Shown: positions 56,168-64,000 of the stretch, one piece after another
Layout: each line of letters opens with the position of its first letter
Position numbering within the stretch: position 1 is the stretch's first letter
NCBI GenBank assembly: GCA_043744175.1
Contig: JAYTVD010000126.1
Location: 1,136-65,135 of the forward strand
Direction: 5' to 3'
DNA from: Phyllobacteriaceae bacterium
GTDB lineage: Bacteria > Pseudomonadota > Alphaproteobacteria > Rhizobiales > Rhizobiaceae
Length of the DNA stretch: 64,000 bases
The notes under the pieces: model-generated
Told to the model about the DNA's origin: nothing
Seen by the model: only the letters and a program-made list of their open reading frames with translations
Database searches by the model: none
Program-made: the position numbers and the translations under genes

Positions 56168-56878
56168 TTACGCCTGCTTGCCAATCTTCTCGTCAATTTG
56201 ACGCGAAAGTATGGCGGAGAATTCATCGGCAAAGCCTTCCAAGCGCGAGCCAATTTTTGCCACGTCCGAGTTCAGCTTATTGTAGGCAATAACCGCTGGT
56301 ATAGCGGCGACCAGACCAATCGCCGTTGCCAGCAAGGCCTCGGCAATACCTGGGGCCACGACCGAAAGATTGGTATTCTTGGAGGCGGCAATAGCCATGA
56401 ACGACGTCATAATACCGATAACAGTGCCGAACAGCCCGACAAAGGGACCGGCAGAACCGATTGTAGCCAGCGATGTCAGGCGGCTTTCCAGCACTTCCAT
56501 TTCACGCGTCAAAGCCACATCCATTGATTTTTCAATGCGCATCTGCAGCGCAATTGGCGTGCGTGCGCCGCGCTCGAAGCTCTTCTTCCACTCGCGCATG
56601 GCCGCGACAAAGATCGAGCCCATGCCAATGGTGTTGCGATCCGCCAGCGTGCGATACAACTCTTCAAGCGATTGGCCGGACCAGAAAACCTGCTCAAACC
56701 GGTCCAGCGCAGCGCGCATTTTGCGGTAGAGAATTGTCTTTTCAATGATAAGCGCCCACGTCCAAATCGACGCGCCGAGCAGGCCGATCATCACGAGCTT
56801 CACGATCCAACCCGCTTGGGTAAACAAGCCCCACAGCGACATATTCACTTCAGGTGCGGCCAATGCGACTTGTTCCAT
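56168..56878 (-). CDS. tolQ: TolQ (MotA/TolQ/ExbB proton channel)
   Basis: Start set at MEQVALAAPEV. 236 aa. LATIGSAGPFVGLFGTVIGIM motif. Confidence 0.9.
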   Translation of the reverse strand: MEQVALAAPEVNMSLWGLFTQAGWIVKLVMIGLLGASIWTWALIIEKTILYRKMRAALDRFEQVFWSGQSLEELYRTLADRNTIGMGSIFVAAMREWKKSFERGARTPIALQMRIEKSMDVALTREMEVLESRLTSLATIGSAGPFVGLFGTVIGIMTSFMAIAASKNTNLSVVAPGIAEALLATAIGLVAAIPAVIAYNKLNSDVAKIGSRLEGFADEFSAILSRQIDEKIGKQA

Positions 56879-57107
56879 TTTATACCCTCGAATCCAAACG
56901 CCCGGCGAATTACCGGGCGGTTTTGATAGTGTCAGTTTGCGGTTACGAGCCAGACTGATGTTAACCCTAACGCCCGGCACGGCTATCCCCGCACAATTTG
57001 GTGAAAGGAAGGCGGGGAGCGAACCACGACGGCCATTCAACCGCATTCATGGCCTGTTATGGTTAAGGATGGGTTATTTTATTCAAATTTTAGCAAATTC
57101 AATAGCA

Positions 57108-57572
57108 CTATCGAGGCTGAAATGCGGTTAGCCAGTCACTTGGAAACCGTCGCGGCCGGCCCTCGCCGTTCACCAACGCCGCTTCAACCCGTGCGGAACA
57201 GAGCAGTTTGCCCTCGCAGAAGATCTCCTGCCCCATCACAATCCGAGCGCCGGAAATCTCCAGCGTGCGCGTTTCGATGGTCAAAATATCATCGATTCTA
57301 GCGGGAGCCTTATAGTCAATTTCCATCCGCCGGATAATCCACACCAGCTTTTCAGACTTGGCACCCGAATGAGTGCCCGCCTCAAGTTCAGTGTGCGAAA
57401 CACCGCTAATGCGCAGGAAGTCTGTGCGCCCACGCTCAAAGAAATGCAGGTAGCGCGCGTGATAGACCACACCGCTGAAATCGGTATCTTCATAATAAAC
57501 GCGTTGTTTCAAGCGATGTCCGACGTCGGTCAGTTCGCCTGCCAGTCCCGCATTTTCACCATGTTCGCGCAT
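57108..57572 (-). CDS. ybgC: Tol-Pal-associated acyl-CoA thioesterase YbgC (4HBT fold)
   Basis: RVYYEDTDFSGVVYHARYLHFFERGRTDFLR is a hotdog-fold thioesterase signature. Confidence 0.85.
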   Translation of the reverse strand: MREHGENAGLAGELTDVGHRLKQRVYYEDTDFSGVVYHARYLHFFERGRTDFLRISGVSHTELEAGTHSGAKSEKLVWIIRRMEIDYKAPARIDDILTIETRTLEISGARIVMGQEIFCEGKLLCSARVEAALVNGEGRPRRFPSDWLTAFQPR

Positions 57573-57641
57573 TCACGTTCCCTTATATCTCTACGCACTT
57601 TATATGCGTGATAAGTCAAAAGTTTGAAAGCCGCGTCTCCT

Positions 57642-58874
57642 ATGAAAATCCTAAGTCTCGCCGCCATCCTCGCCCTACTCATCGCACCTATGGCGGACGC
57701 TGCAACGTTCAAACCCAAGCGCGGCATTTCGTTGGATATTTGGACAACATGGCCACAGGAAGATCAATGGAGCGATGCAACGACCGTGCTGCCGTTCCCC
57801 GAATGGCGCAAAACGATGGGCACAACAGAACTAAAAGCGCTGAAGGGCGCAGGCTTTGATTTTGTGCGCATTCCCGTGGACCCTTCCATTTTCCTATCCG
57901 ATAAATCCGCAGCGCTTCATGACCAGCTTTATGATTCCGTTTTCCAATCCGTCAAAATGGCGGAGGATGCAGGGCTGAATGTCATTGTTGATCTGCACTG
58001 GTTACCCGGCAGCAGCACGCGTCCCATCGGTACTAGCGAGGTACTGAAAGACGAAACCACGTTCGAAAACTATCTGACTTTCACCCGCCGCATCGCGCAG
58101 TCTATTGCTCGTGAGAATCCTGAGCGCGTGGCATTAGAGCCATTCAACGAGCCAACGATTGATTGCGACAGCGACGGCACAAGTGATTGGCCCGCAAAGC
58201 TGAAACAGACTTTCGCCGCCGCCCGCGCTTCCGCGCCTGATCTCACACTCATTCTCTCCGGCGCCTGTTGGGGCGGCGCAGAAGGTCTGGCCAAGCTCGA
58301 CCCCAAGGAATATCCGGACGACAATCTAATATGGTCATTTCACTCTTACGACCCGTTCATCATCACCCATCAAGGGGCGACGTGGACAGGCGACTTCATG
58401 CCTTATGTCTATGGCTTGCCCTTCCCGCTTTATGAAACGCCAAAGCCTGAGCTGGATAAAATCCTCGATACAATTCGCGCGCGGATAAAGGCAAATGCAC
58501 CTGCAGATAAAGTCTCTGGCCATCTCGCCTATCTTGATGAGCAGATCGCGCTGATCGCCACCAAGGAAGGCCAAGAAGCGGAAATGGACCGCGCGTTTGC
58601 CAAAGTGGCGGGCTGGGCCAAGCAAAACAATATTGATCCTGCCACAATCATGCTCGGCGAGTTCGGCATCATCCGGCAGGAGTATCAAAACCCCGTTGTC
58701 ATCCCCGGCCCCACTCGCGCCGCCTATTATAAGACGCAAATGGAGCGCGCCGAAAGCTACGGCTTTGCATGGGCGCTATGGAGCTACGGTGGCCCGTTCG
58801 GCGTGATCGAAGAATTTGAGGCCAGAAAGTCCGAAACAGATGTGATCGACATTGTGAAAGAATTGCCGCGATAG
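57642..58874 (+). CDS. secreted glycoside hydrolase family 5 (cellulase-like)
   Basis: Signal peptide MKILSLAAILALLIAPMADA. NEP motif (ALEPFNEPT, acid/base Glu) and GEFG (nucleophile Glu). Confidence 0.75.
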   Translation: MKILSLAAILALLIAPMADAATFKPKRGISLDIWTTWPQEDQWSDATTVLPFPEWRKTMGTTELKALKGAGFDFVRIPVDPSIFLSDKSAALHDQLYDSVFQSVKMAEDAGLNVIVDLHWLPGSSTRPIGTSEVLKDETTFENYLTFTRRIAQSIARENPERVALEPFNEPTIDCDSDGTSDWPAKLKQTFAAARASAPDLTLILSGACWGGAEGLAKLDPKEYPDDNLIWSFHSYDPFIITHQGATWTGDFMPYVYGLPFPLYETPKPELDKILDTIRARIKANAPADKVSGHLAYLDEQIALIATKEGQEAEMDRAFAKVAGWAKQNNIDPATIMLGEFGIIRQEYQNPVVIPGPTRAAYYKTQMERAESYGFAWALWSYGGPFGVIEEFEARKSETDVIDIVKELPR

Positions 58875-58953
58875 TTAAGGAAGCTCCAAACTCATTGCAC
58901 CGCGAAAGCCACTCCGTTAAGACTGGCTTCAACCAACAGGTTTAGCAACACCC

Positions 58954-60087
58954 ATGCGCCTTTCTGCAATTCTCTCAACATTTGCGATGTGCCTTGCACT
59001 AGTCGCCTGTGCCACCAAGCCAACCGTTGGCTTGGGCGCGATTGCCAAACAAGTGGATGCGACCAGTGAGCGGGTGTTTCTCGCCACCATGCGTGTGCCA
59101 TCACCGGATGAGCAAATTTTGTTTGGCGGCGAGCGGGCCGACTATCTGCACTTTGCCGATTTTAATATCTCGGTGCCGAAAAATCGCATTGCCGGTAGCA
59201 TTGAGTTTCCAACCGCTAAACCGGATTTGAAGAAGCAATTTGCTGTCACATCCGCCACTTTAACCGACGATGAGACCATTTTAGCATCGAGATTGCGCGC
59301 CGCGCTCGCCAGCCTGCCGCCCGAGCAACGCAATATTTTCATCTTCATTCATGGCTATAACGTCACCTTTGCCGAAGGCCTGTTCGATCAAGCGCAGCTG
59401 CGTCACGACTATGAAATTCCCGGCGTGTCGCTGCATTACTCATGGCCGTCAGCTGCCAAAACCGCGCTCTATCTTTATGATCGTGATAGCGCCGAATATG
59501 CCCGCGATGGCTTGGTAAAAACACTGAAGATTGCCGCCGCCGCCAAACCGAACTCCATCATTATGCTTGGCCACTCCATGGGAACCTTCGTCACAATGGA
59601 AGCACTGCGCACCCTCTCGCTAACAGGCGACACAGCGACAGTTGGCCTGATAAACCCGTTGATATTGGCCGCCCCTGATATCGACCAAGATGTTTTCCGC
59701 GAACAATTGGCATCGCTCACAACCCGCCCCAAAGCTATATTGGTGCTGGTGTCCGAAGAGGACAAAGCGCTGCGCATTTCAGGCGGCTTGCGCGGCGGTA
59801 AACCTCGCGTGGGGGCAGGCGCGAACAAAGACGAGCTGGTCGCCAGCGGCCTCATCGTGCTGGATTTAGCCACCGTGCGCGCGAAGGGTGATGGCCTCAG
59901 CCACTCCACTTATGCCAATTCGCCGGCACTCATTGCGCTCGTACGCAGCGGTAAACTAAACATCGCCAGCCTTGCAGGCGGCAAACGGGCCAAAGGCAAC
60001 AATATTCTCGCGCAAAGCCTAGGCTTCGGTGGCGATTTACTCTCGTCGATTGTTTATCTGCCAGCAAAATTGGCCGGCGCAAGATAG
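58954..60087 (+). CDS. alpha/beta-hydrolase lipoprotein (DUF900-like)
   Basis: Lipobox LALVAC. IFIHGYN and the nucleophile elbow GHSMG. Confidence 0.7.
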   Translation: MRLSAILSTFAMCLALVACATKPTVGLGAIAKQVDATSERVFLATMRVPSPDEQILFGGERADYLHFADFNISVPKNRIAGSIEFPTAKPDLKKQFAVTSATLTDDETILASRLRAALASLPPEQRNIFIFIHGYNVTFAEGLFDQAQLRHDYEIPGVSLHYSWPSAAKTALYLYDRDSAEYARDGLVKTLKIAAAAKPNSIIMLGHSMGTFVTMEALRTLSLTGDTATVGLINPLILAAPDIDQDVFREQLASLTTRPKAILVLVSEEDKALRISGGLRGGKPRVGAGANKDELVASGLIVLDLATVRAKGDGLSHSTYANSPALIALVRSGKLNIASLAGGKRAKGNNILAQSLGFGGDLLSSIVYLPAKLAGAR

Positions 60088-61122
60088 TCACTCATCCTCA
60101 AACAGCAGCGCCGTTTGCGCCGCATCGCGCGGTGGCGCCATGCCAAGATGTTTCCATGCATTGGCCGCCAGCACCCGCCCGCGCGGGGTGCGCTGCAAGA
60201 ACCCCTGCTGAATAAGATAAGGCTCGATGATGTCTTCAATCGCATCGCGCGGCTCAGATAGGCCAGCGGCTATGGTTTCAACGCCAACCGGCCCGCCGCC
60301 AAAATTTTGCGCGATCATATTCAAATAGCGCCGGTCAAGTTGGTCGAGGCCCATCGAATCCACTTCCAGCCGGATAAGCGCCTCATCCGCCACCTTGCGG
60401 GTAATTTTATCATCGCCCGCCACAATAGCGAAATCGCGCACGCGGCGCAGCAGCCGCCCGGCAATACGCGGCGTGCCGCGCGAGCGTTTAGCAATCTCAA
60501 GCGCGCCGCCATCATCAATGGGAGCCCCCAAAATGCGCGCCCCACGCCGCACGATTAGTTCCAGTTCCTCGACGGTGTAAAAGTTCAAACGCACCGGAAT
60601 GCCGAACCGATCGCGCAGCGGGTTAGTGAGAAGCCCAAGGCGCGTGGTCGCCGCCACAAGGGTAAACTTCGCCAAATCGATCTTCACCGACCGCGCCGCC
60701 GGCCCCTCGCCGATAATCAAATCAAGCTGGTAATCTTCCATCGCGGGATAGAGAATTTCCTCCACCGCTGGTGATAGCCGGTGGATTTCATCAATGAACA
60801 GCACGTCGTTTTCTTCGAGGTTCGTCAAAAGCGCCGCTAGATCACCAGCTTTCGCAATCACAGGGCCAGAGGTTGAGCGGAAATTCACCCCCAATTCCTT
60901 GGCCATAATCTGCGCCAAAGTGGTTTTGCCGAGACCCGGAGGCCCAACGAACAAAACATGATCCAGCGCCTCACCGCGCGACTTCGCGGCTTCAATGAAA
61001 ACCTTCAGATTTTCCCGCGCCGCTTTTTGCCCGACAAATTCATGCAAAGACTGCGGACGCAAAGTCGAGTCTGCATCCTCGCCGCGCTTTTCCGGAGTGA
61101 TTAGGCGTGGGGCGTCACTCAT
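60088..61122 (-). CDS. ruvB: Holliday junction branch-migration helicase RuvB
   Basis: [12 protein letters not shown], Walker [10 protein letters not shown] and DEIHRL. Confidence 0.95.
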   Translation of the reverse strand: MSDAPRLITPEKRGEDADSTLRPQSLHEFVGQKAARENLKVFIEAAKSRGEALDHVLFVGPPGLGKTTLAQIMAKELGVNFRSTSGPVIAKAGDLAALLTNLEENDVLFIDEIHRLSPAVEEILYPAMEDYQLDLIIGEGPAARSVKIDLAKFTLVAATTRLGLLTNPLRDRFGIPVRLNFYTVEELELIVRRGARILGAPIDDGGALEIAKRSRGTPRIAGRLLRRVRDFAIVAGDDKITRKVADEALIRLEVDSMGLDQLDRRYLNMIAQNFGGGPVGVETIAAGLSEPRDAIEDIIEPYLIQQGFLQRTPRGRVLAANAWKHLGMAPPRDAAQTALLFEDE

Positions 61123-61523
61123 GCCAATAACTCCATATCGTGAATTGAATCTGCGGCAATTTTGTCAAAAGTCAGCGTATGAATGCAGCCGTTACGCCTA
61201 TTCAACAGGCCTATCACTGCGTCAGAATAATCACATTTGCTGTCTTCGCATACCACGGCGGCATCACCGATAATTTGATAATGCTCAACCTCAAGATCGC
61301 GACGCTCCAGTAAGCTGCGAATGGCACGAAGCACGGCTGTCCGAGGATATTTATAAAACCGACTTAACGTCCACGAAAACTCTAAAATAACGGCGATATT
61401 GACGAAAAATACGTCCGTTTCCTTGCGTTGTGCAATTAATTTCGCAACGCGCGCCGTCTGCGCCTCATCATCACGGACGAAAGTTCGCAAAAGCACATTT
61501 GTATCAAGCCCGATCAAAGCCAT
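61119..61523 (-). CDS. vapC: PIN-domain ribonuclease toxin (VapC-like), module 1
   Basis: 134 aa. Acidic residues sit at PIN positions (GLDTNV, ILEFS, DYSDAV). The stop overlaps the ruvB ATG (ATGA). Confidence 0.75.
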   Translation of the reverse strand: MALIGLDTNVLLRTFVRDDEAQTARVAKLIAQRKETDVFFVNIAVILEFSWTLSRFYKYPRTAVLRAIRSLLERRDLEVEHYQIIGDAAVVCEDSKCDYSDAVIGLLNRRNGCIHTLTFDKIAADSIHDMELLA

Positions 61524-61807
61524 TATGAACCATCGTCCTGAGCAGCGCTTCCCGACACATGAAGTCCAACAGCGCCAGCTACCGCAGCATCAATCTCCTG
61601 AAGCGAAGCGCCCTTTCCACTCGGTGGATCACCAAGAAACCCCATCAAATCGACAAAATTTTTATTTCGCGGAATGACGATCATCTCATTACCACGAACC
61701 CACGCGTAGCACTGATCACCGGGCATAATATGCAATTCGTCGCGTATATCCTTGGGAACAGTCATCTGGCCTTTGGAAGTGATTGTTAGAAACGCACCCA
61801 TAGTCAT
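61523..61807 (-). CDS. vapB: AbrB/MazE/SpoVT-type antitoxin (VapB-like), module 1
   Basis: 94 aa. TSKGQMTVPKDIRDEL is the swapped-hairpin motif. TAATG overlap with the toxin start. Confidence 0.75.
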   Translation of the reverse strand: MTMGAFLTITSKGQMTVPKDIRDELHIMPGDQCYAWVRGNEMIVIPRNKNFVDLMGFLGDPPSGKGASLQEIDAAVAGAVGLHVSGSAAQDDGS

Positions 61808-61811
61808 CTCT

Positions 61812-61835
61812 CCTTACTTTTCAACAATAGTAAGG
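61812..61835. promoter_or_regulatory. inverted repeat CCTTACT-N10-AGTAAGG upstream of vapB module 1
   Basis: Read directly, 5 nt upstream of the antitoxin start. Candidate autoregulatory operator. Confidence 0.45.
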
Positions 61836-61857
61836 AATACATCAATAAGCAAGGAAA

Positions 61858-62475
61858 TCATCGCGCAAGCTCCTTCAGCCCGAGTCTAATCAGCTTGGCA
61901 CTATCCGGTGCCTCACCCGCCACTTTCAGTGCAGCAGCCACGGCGTTCGCCGCAATATCGCGCGAATAGCCAAGGTTGGTCAGCGCCGATACCGCATCCA
62001 TTACGGGCACCGGCGCAACGCCCTCGCCAAGCTCTTGCTTCAATCCAATTGTGCCAGATGCAGAACCCGCATAGGCTGGTGCTTTGTTCTTGAGCTCAGT
62101 CACAATCCGCTCGGCAACTTTTTTACCAACGCCCGGCGCACGCGAAACCATATCAATATCCCGCAGCGCGATTGCATTGGCCAAATCCGGCGCTGTAAGC
62201 GTGGATAAAACCGCCAGCGCAACTTTCGCGCCCACACCCTGCACGCTTTGCAACAGCTTGAACCAATCGCGCTCCAGCGTTGTTCGGAACCCGAACAATC
62301 GCAGCATATCCTCGCGCACGTAGGTTTCGATATACAGCACCACTGCCTCGCCCGGCCCCGGCAAATTGCCCAGCGTGCGCATCGAGCAGAACGCCACATA
62401 GCAAACGCCATGCACATCAATCACCACATGGTCTTCGGCGATTTCGTCAACCGTGCCTTTGATTTTTCCAATCAT
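61858..62475 (-). CDS. ruvA: Holliday junction DNA-binding protein RuvA
   Basis: MIGKIKG start, helix-hairpin-helix [17 protein letters not shown] and [11 protein letters not shown]. Confidence 0.95.
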   Translation of the reverse strand: MIGKIKGTVDEIAEDHVVIDVHGVCYVAFCSMRTLGNLPGPGEAVVLYIETYVREDMLRLFGFRTTLERDWFKLLQSVQGVGAKVALAVLSTLTAPDLANAIALRDIDMVSRAPGVGKKVAERIVTELKNKAPAYAGSASGTIGLKQELGEGVAPVPVMDAVSALTNLGYSRDIAANAVAAALKVAGEAPDSAKLIRLGLKELAR

Positions 62476-62909
62476 GAATATGACTTTCTAAAAGGATGGG
62501 TTTCGGGCGTTATCAACTCGACCATAGGAAAATAAGTCCGGTAGCCAGCGGTATCGCGCGTAATAATGTGATGCCCGCACACGGCGGCATGGGCACCGAT
62601 GAAGAAGTCAGGAAGCGGGCGCTCTTTGGCCCCGCCAGATTTGCGGTAAACCAGAAACGCCTTCGAGGCCGCAAACGCTGCCATATAGGGAATTTCCTCA
62701 CGACGGAATTCGCGGGTCGGCAACAGTGCATCCACTTCTTGGTAACTTTCATAGCGATATGAAAGCTCGGCAAAAATAATCTGATTGATGATTAACTCAT
62801 GCGCCATCGCGGTTGCCACAATCGCATTCTTAGACCAATCGGCCCAAACCGGATCTTGAAAAGCAATATCAATCAACACATTAGAATCGACCAGCGCAGC
62901 CACGATCAA
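62472..62909 (-). CDS. vapC: PIN-domain ribonuclease toxin (VapC-like), module 2
   Basis: 145 aa with [20 protein letters not shown] and ITRD. The stop overlaps the ruvA ATG (ATGA). Confidence 0.75.
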   Translation of the reverse strand: MIVAALVDSNVLIDIAFQDPVWADWSKNAIVATAMAHELIINQIIFAELSYRYESYQEVDALLPTREFRREEIPYMAAFAASKAFLVYRKSGGAKERPLPDFFIGAHAAVCGHHIITRDTAGYRTYFPMVELITPETHPFRKSYS

Positions 62910-63172
62910 CGATCTCTGGTTATGGTCATAACATCACTAGCGCTCAAATCGGGGTTACCCGTTCCTTCGAGCCTTTTCAAAGTCGCAAGCAGCCGGTCAA
63001 GCCGCAACTGATTATCATTCTCGCCGACAGCATTTTGATTTTGAATGGTAATCTTGCCATTCTCGACACCAAACAGCACATCGCTATTCAGCTCAATTCC
63101 CGCAAGCTGGCGCAAATCGCGCGGTATTGTCACTTGGCCCTTGCTGGTAACGCGCATGATCTTCGTCTCCAC
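62906..63172 (-). CDS. vapB: AbrB/SpoVT-type antitoxin (VapB-like), module 2
   Basis: 88 aa with VTSKGQVTIPRDLRQLAG. 4-nt overlap with the toxin. Confidence 0.75.
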   Translation of the reverse strand: METKIMRVTSKGQVTIPRDLRQLAGIELNSDVLFGVENGKITIQNQNAVGENDNQLRLDRLLATLKRLEGTGNPDLSASDVMTITRDR

Positions 63173-63175
63173 TTG

Positions 63176-63218
63176 AAGTAAGAGATATTCTTACTTCAAG
63201 TAAGGGATATTCTTACTT
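63176..63218. promoter_or_regulatory. two tandem palindromes AAGTAAG(A/G)-GATAT-TCTTACTT upstream of vapB module 2
   Basis: 63176..63196 and 63198..63218, read directly. They begin 4 nt upstream of the antitoxin start. Confidence 0.5.
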
Positions 63219-63238
63219 TTGGAACAAGTCAAGAACAT

Positions 63239-63754
63239 TCATCCCGCCAGCGCTAGCCTCCTTAAAGCTATCCCCCCTCGATTATGCGCGTGACATATCG
63301 CAATCGCCAGCGCATCCGCCGCATCGGGGCCGGTAAATATGGCCTTTGGCATCAGCACTTTTACCATCATTTGAATTTGCGCTTTTTCGCCGTGACCCAC
63401 GCCGATCACGGATTTTTTCACTGCGTTCGGCGCATATTCCGCCACTTGTAGTCCCGCTTTGGCCGGAACCAGCATAGCGATGCCTCGCGCTTGACCGAGC
63501 TTCAGCGTAGCCGCGGCGTCCTTGTTGACGAAAGTCGCCTCAACAGCCGCCTCAACGGGCATATGGGTGTGGATGACTGCAACCAGCCCGTCATGCAGCT
63601 GGCAAAGCCGCGAGGCCATGTCGGACTTATCATCGGAGGTCACAGTGCCGGATGCCACGAAGTGGAGCGAATTGCCAAGCGATTCAATAATGCCCCAGCC
63701 CATACGGCGCAGGCCCGGATCAATACCAATAATGCGAATCGCTGACGCCACCAT
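63239..63754 (-). CDS. ruvC: crossover junction endodeoxyribonuclease RuvC
   Basis: [16 protein letters not shown] (catalytic Asp), EYAPNAVKK, and [13 protein letters not shown]. Confidence 0.95.
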   Translation of the reverse strand: MVASAIRIIGIDPGLRRMGWGIIESLGNSLHFVASGTVTSDDKSDMASRLCQLHDGLVAVIHTHMPVEAAVEATFVNKDAAATLKLGQARGIAMLVPAKAGLQVAEYAPNAVKKSVIGVGHGEKAQIQMMVKVLMPKAIFTGPDAADALAIAICHAHNRGGIALRRLALAG

Positions 63755-63830
63755 AAATCCCCCGTTGAGAGAGACTTATATCAATTATCAAAGGTGAACA
63801 AACAGAAAACAGAATTACTATGGAGCGAGG

Positions 63831-64000
63831 TTATCTACCACCGAAAGCCGCATGTAGTAAATCCATCTGGTCAACAACTGGATTGCGGCGCACTTCAAGT
63901 TCAGCCATCGGCTTTTGCTTGGGATAAACTTCTTCATCCAAGCGCTTCACCAGTGTCTGCAAGCTAAGCGAACGCTCAACTATGCTCACAAATTTTTCAG
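63831..64000 (-). CDS. 3' end of an unidentified gene (5' part outside window)
   Basis: The minus-strand frame is open from the window edge to the TAA at 63831-63833. The tail reads ...LVKRLDEEVYPKQKPMAELEVRRNPVVDQMDLLHAAFGGR. No family recognised. Confidence 0.35.
   Translation of the reverse strand, partial: EKFVSIVERSLSLQTLVKRLDEEVYPKQKPMAELEVRRNPVVDQMDLLHAAFGGR

Overview
The window looks like a chromosomal segment of an alphaproteobacterium, most likely Hyphomicrobiales/Rhizobiales. The evidence is the minus-strand synteny ybgC-tolQ-tolR-tolA-tolB-pal-cpoB-tilS-ftsH-glmM, two Omp25/Omp31-type porins, serC-serA, purA, rpoH and a rhizobial-type inositol (iol) cluster with an RpiR-type regulator. 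About 60 protein genes are supported. I saw no tRNA, rRNA, CRISPR array, transposase or integrase.

Contents by region:
- 1-4.1 kb: the tail of a di-haem peroxidase-like gene, abutting a secreted S8 protease gene. The protease has an in-frame TAA followed by a conserved-looking continuation. A LuxR regulator and a hypothetical membrane protein follow.
- 4.1-13 kb: a minus-strand operon encoding a formylglutamate-amidohydrolase-like hydrolase, an APC permease, a glutamine-synthetase-like ligase, an aldehyde dehydrogenase, a cupin, an Fe-alcohol dehydrogenase and a second cupin, with a divergent RpiR regulator. I infer a gamma-glutamylation-type amine or amino-alcohol catabolic route. The operon is split by an AT-rich single-gene (DUF2971) insertion bounded by a 39-nt duplication of the ADH 3' end.
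- 13-19.8 kb: a ydcSTUV-patD-like polyamine ABC transporter and aminobutyraldehyde dehydrogenase operon, plus a LysR regulator.
- 19.8-21.3 kb: a possibly frameshifted small gene, a glycine-rich-domain protein with a (CGGG)n tail, and a 178-bp element with perfect 50-bp inverted repeats.
- 21.3-30.7 kb: the iol regulon.
- 30.7-47.4 kb: housekeeping and envelope genes.
- 47.6-57.6 kb: ftsH, tilS and the tol-pal genes.
- 57.6-64 kb: a GH5 glycosidase, a DUF900 hydrolase and ruvCAB.

Most unusual observations:
1. Two different VapBC (AbrB-type antitoxin plus PIN toxin) modules sit inside ruvC-ruvA-ruvB. Both toxin stop codons overlap the ruvA and ruvB start codons.
2. A palindromic element of about 171 nt lies in-frame inside tilS, as Rickettsia RPE elements do.
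3. A 118-bp long-hairpin intergenic repeat family has three copies, one exactly at a binding-protein/ATPase junction.
4. The DUF2971 mini-island.

All functional calls rest on motif recognition by eye. No database search was run.
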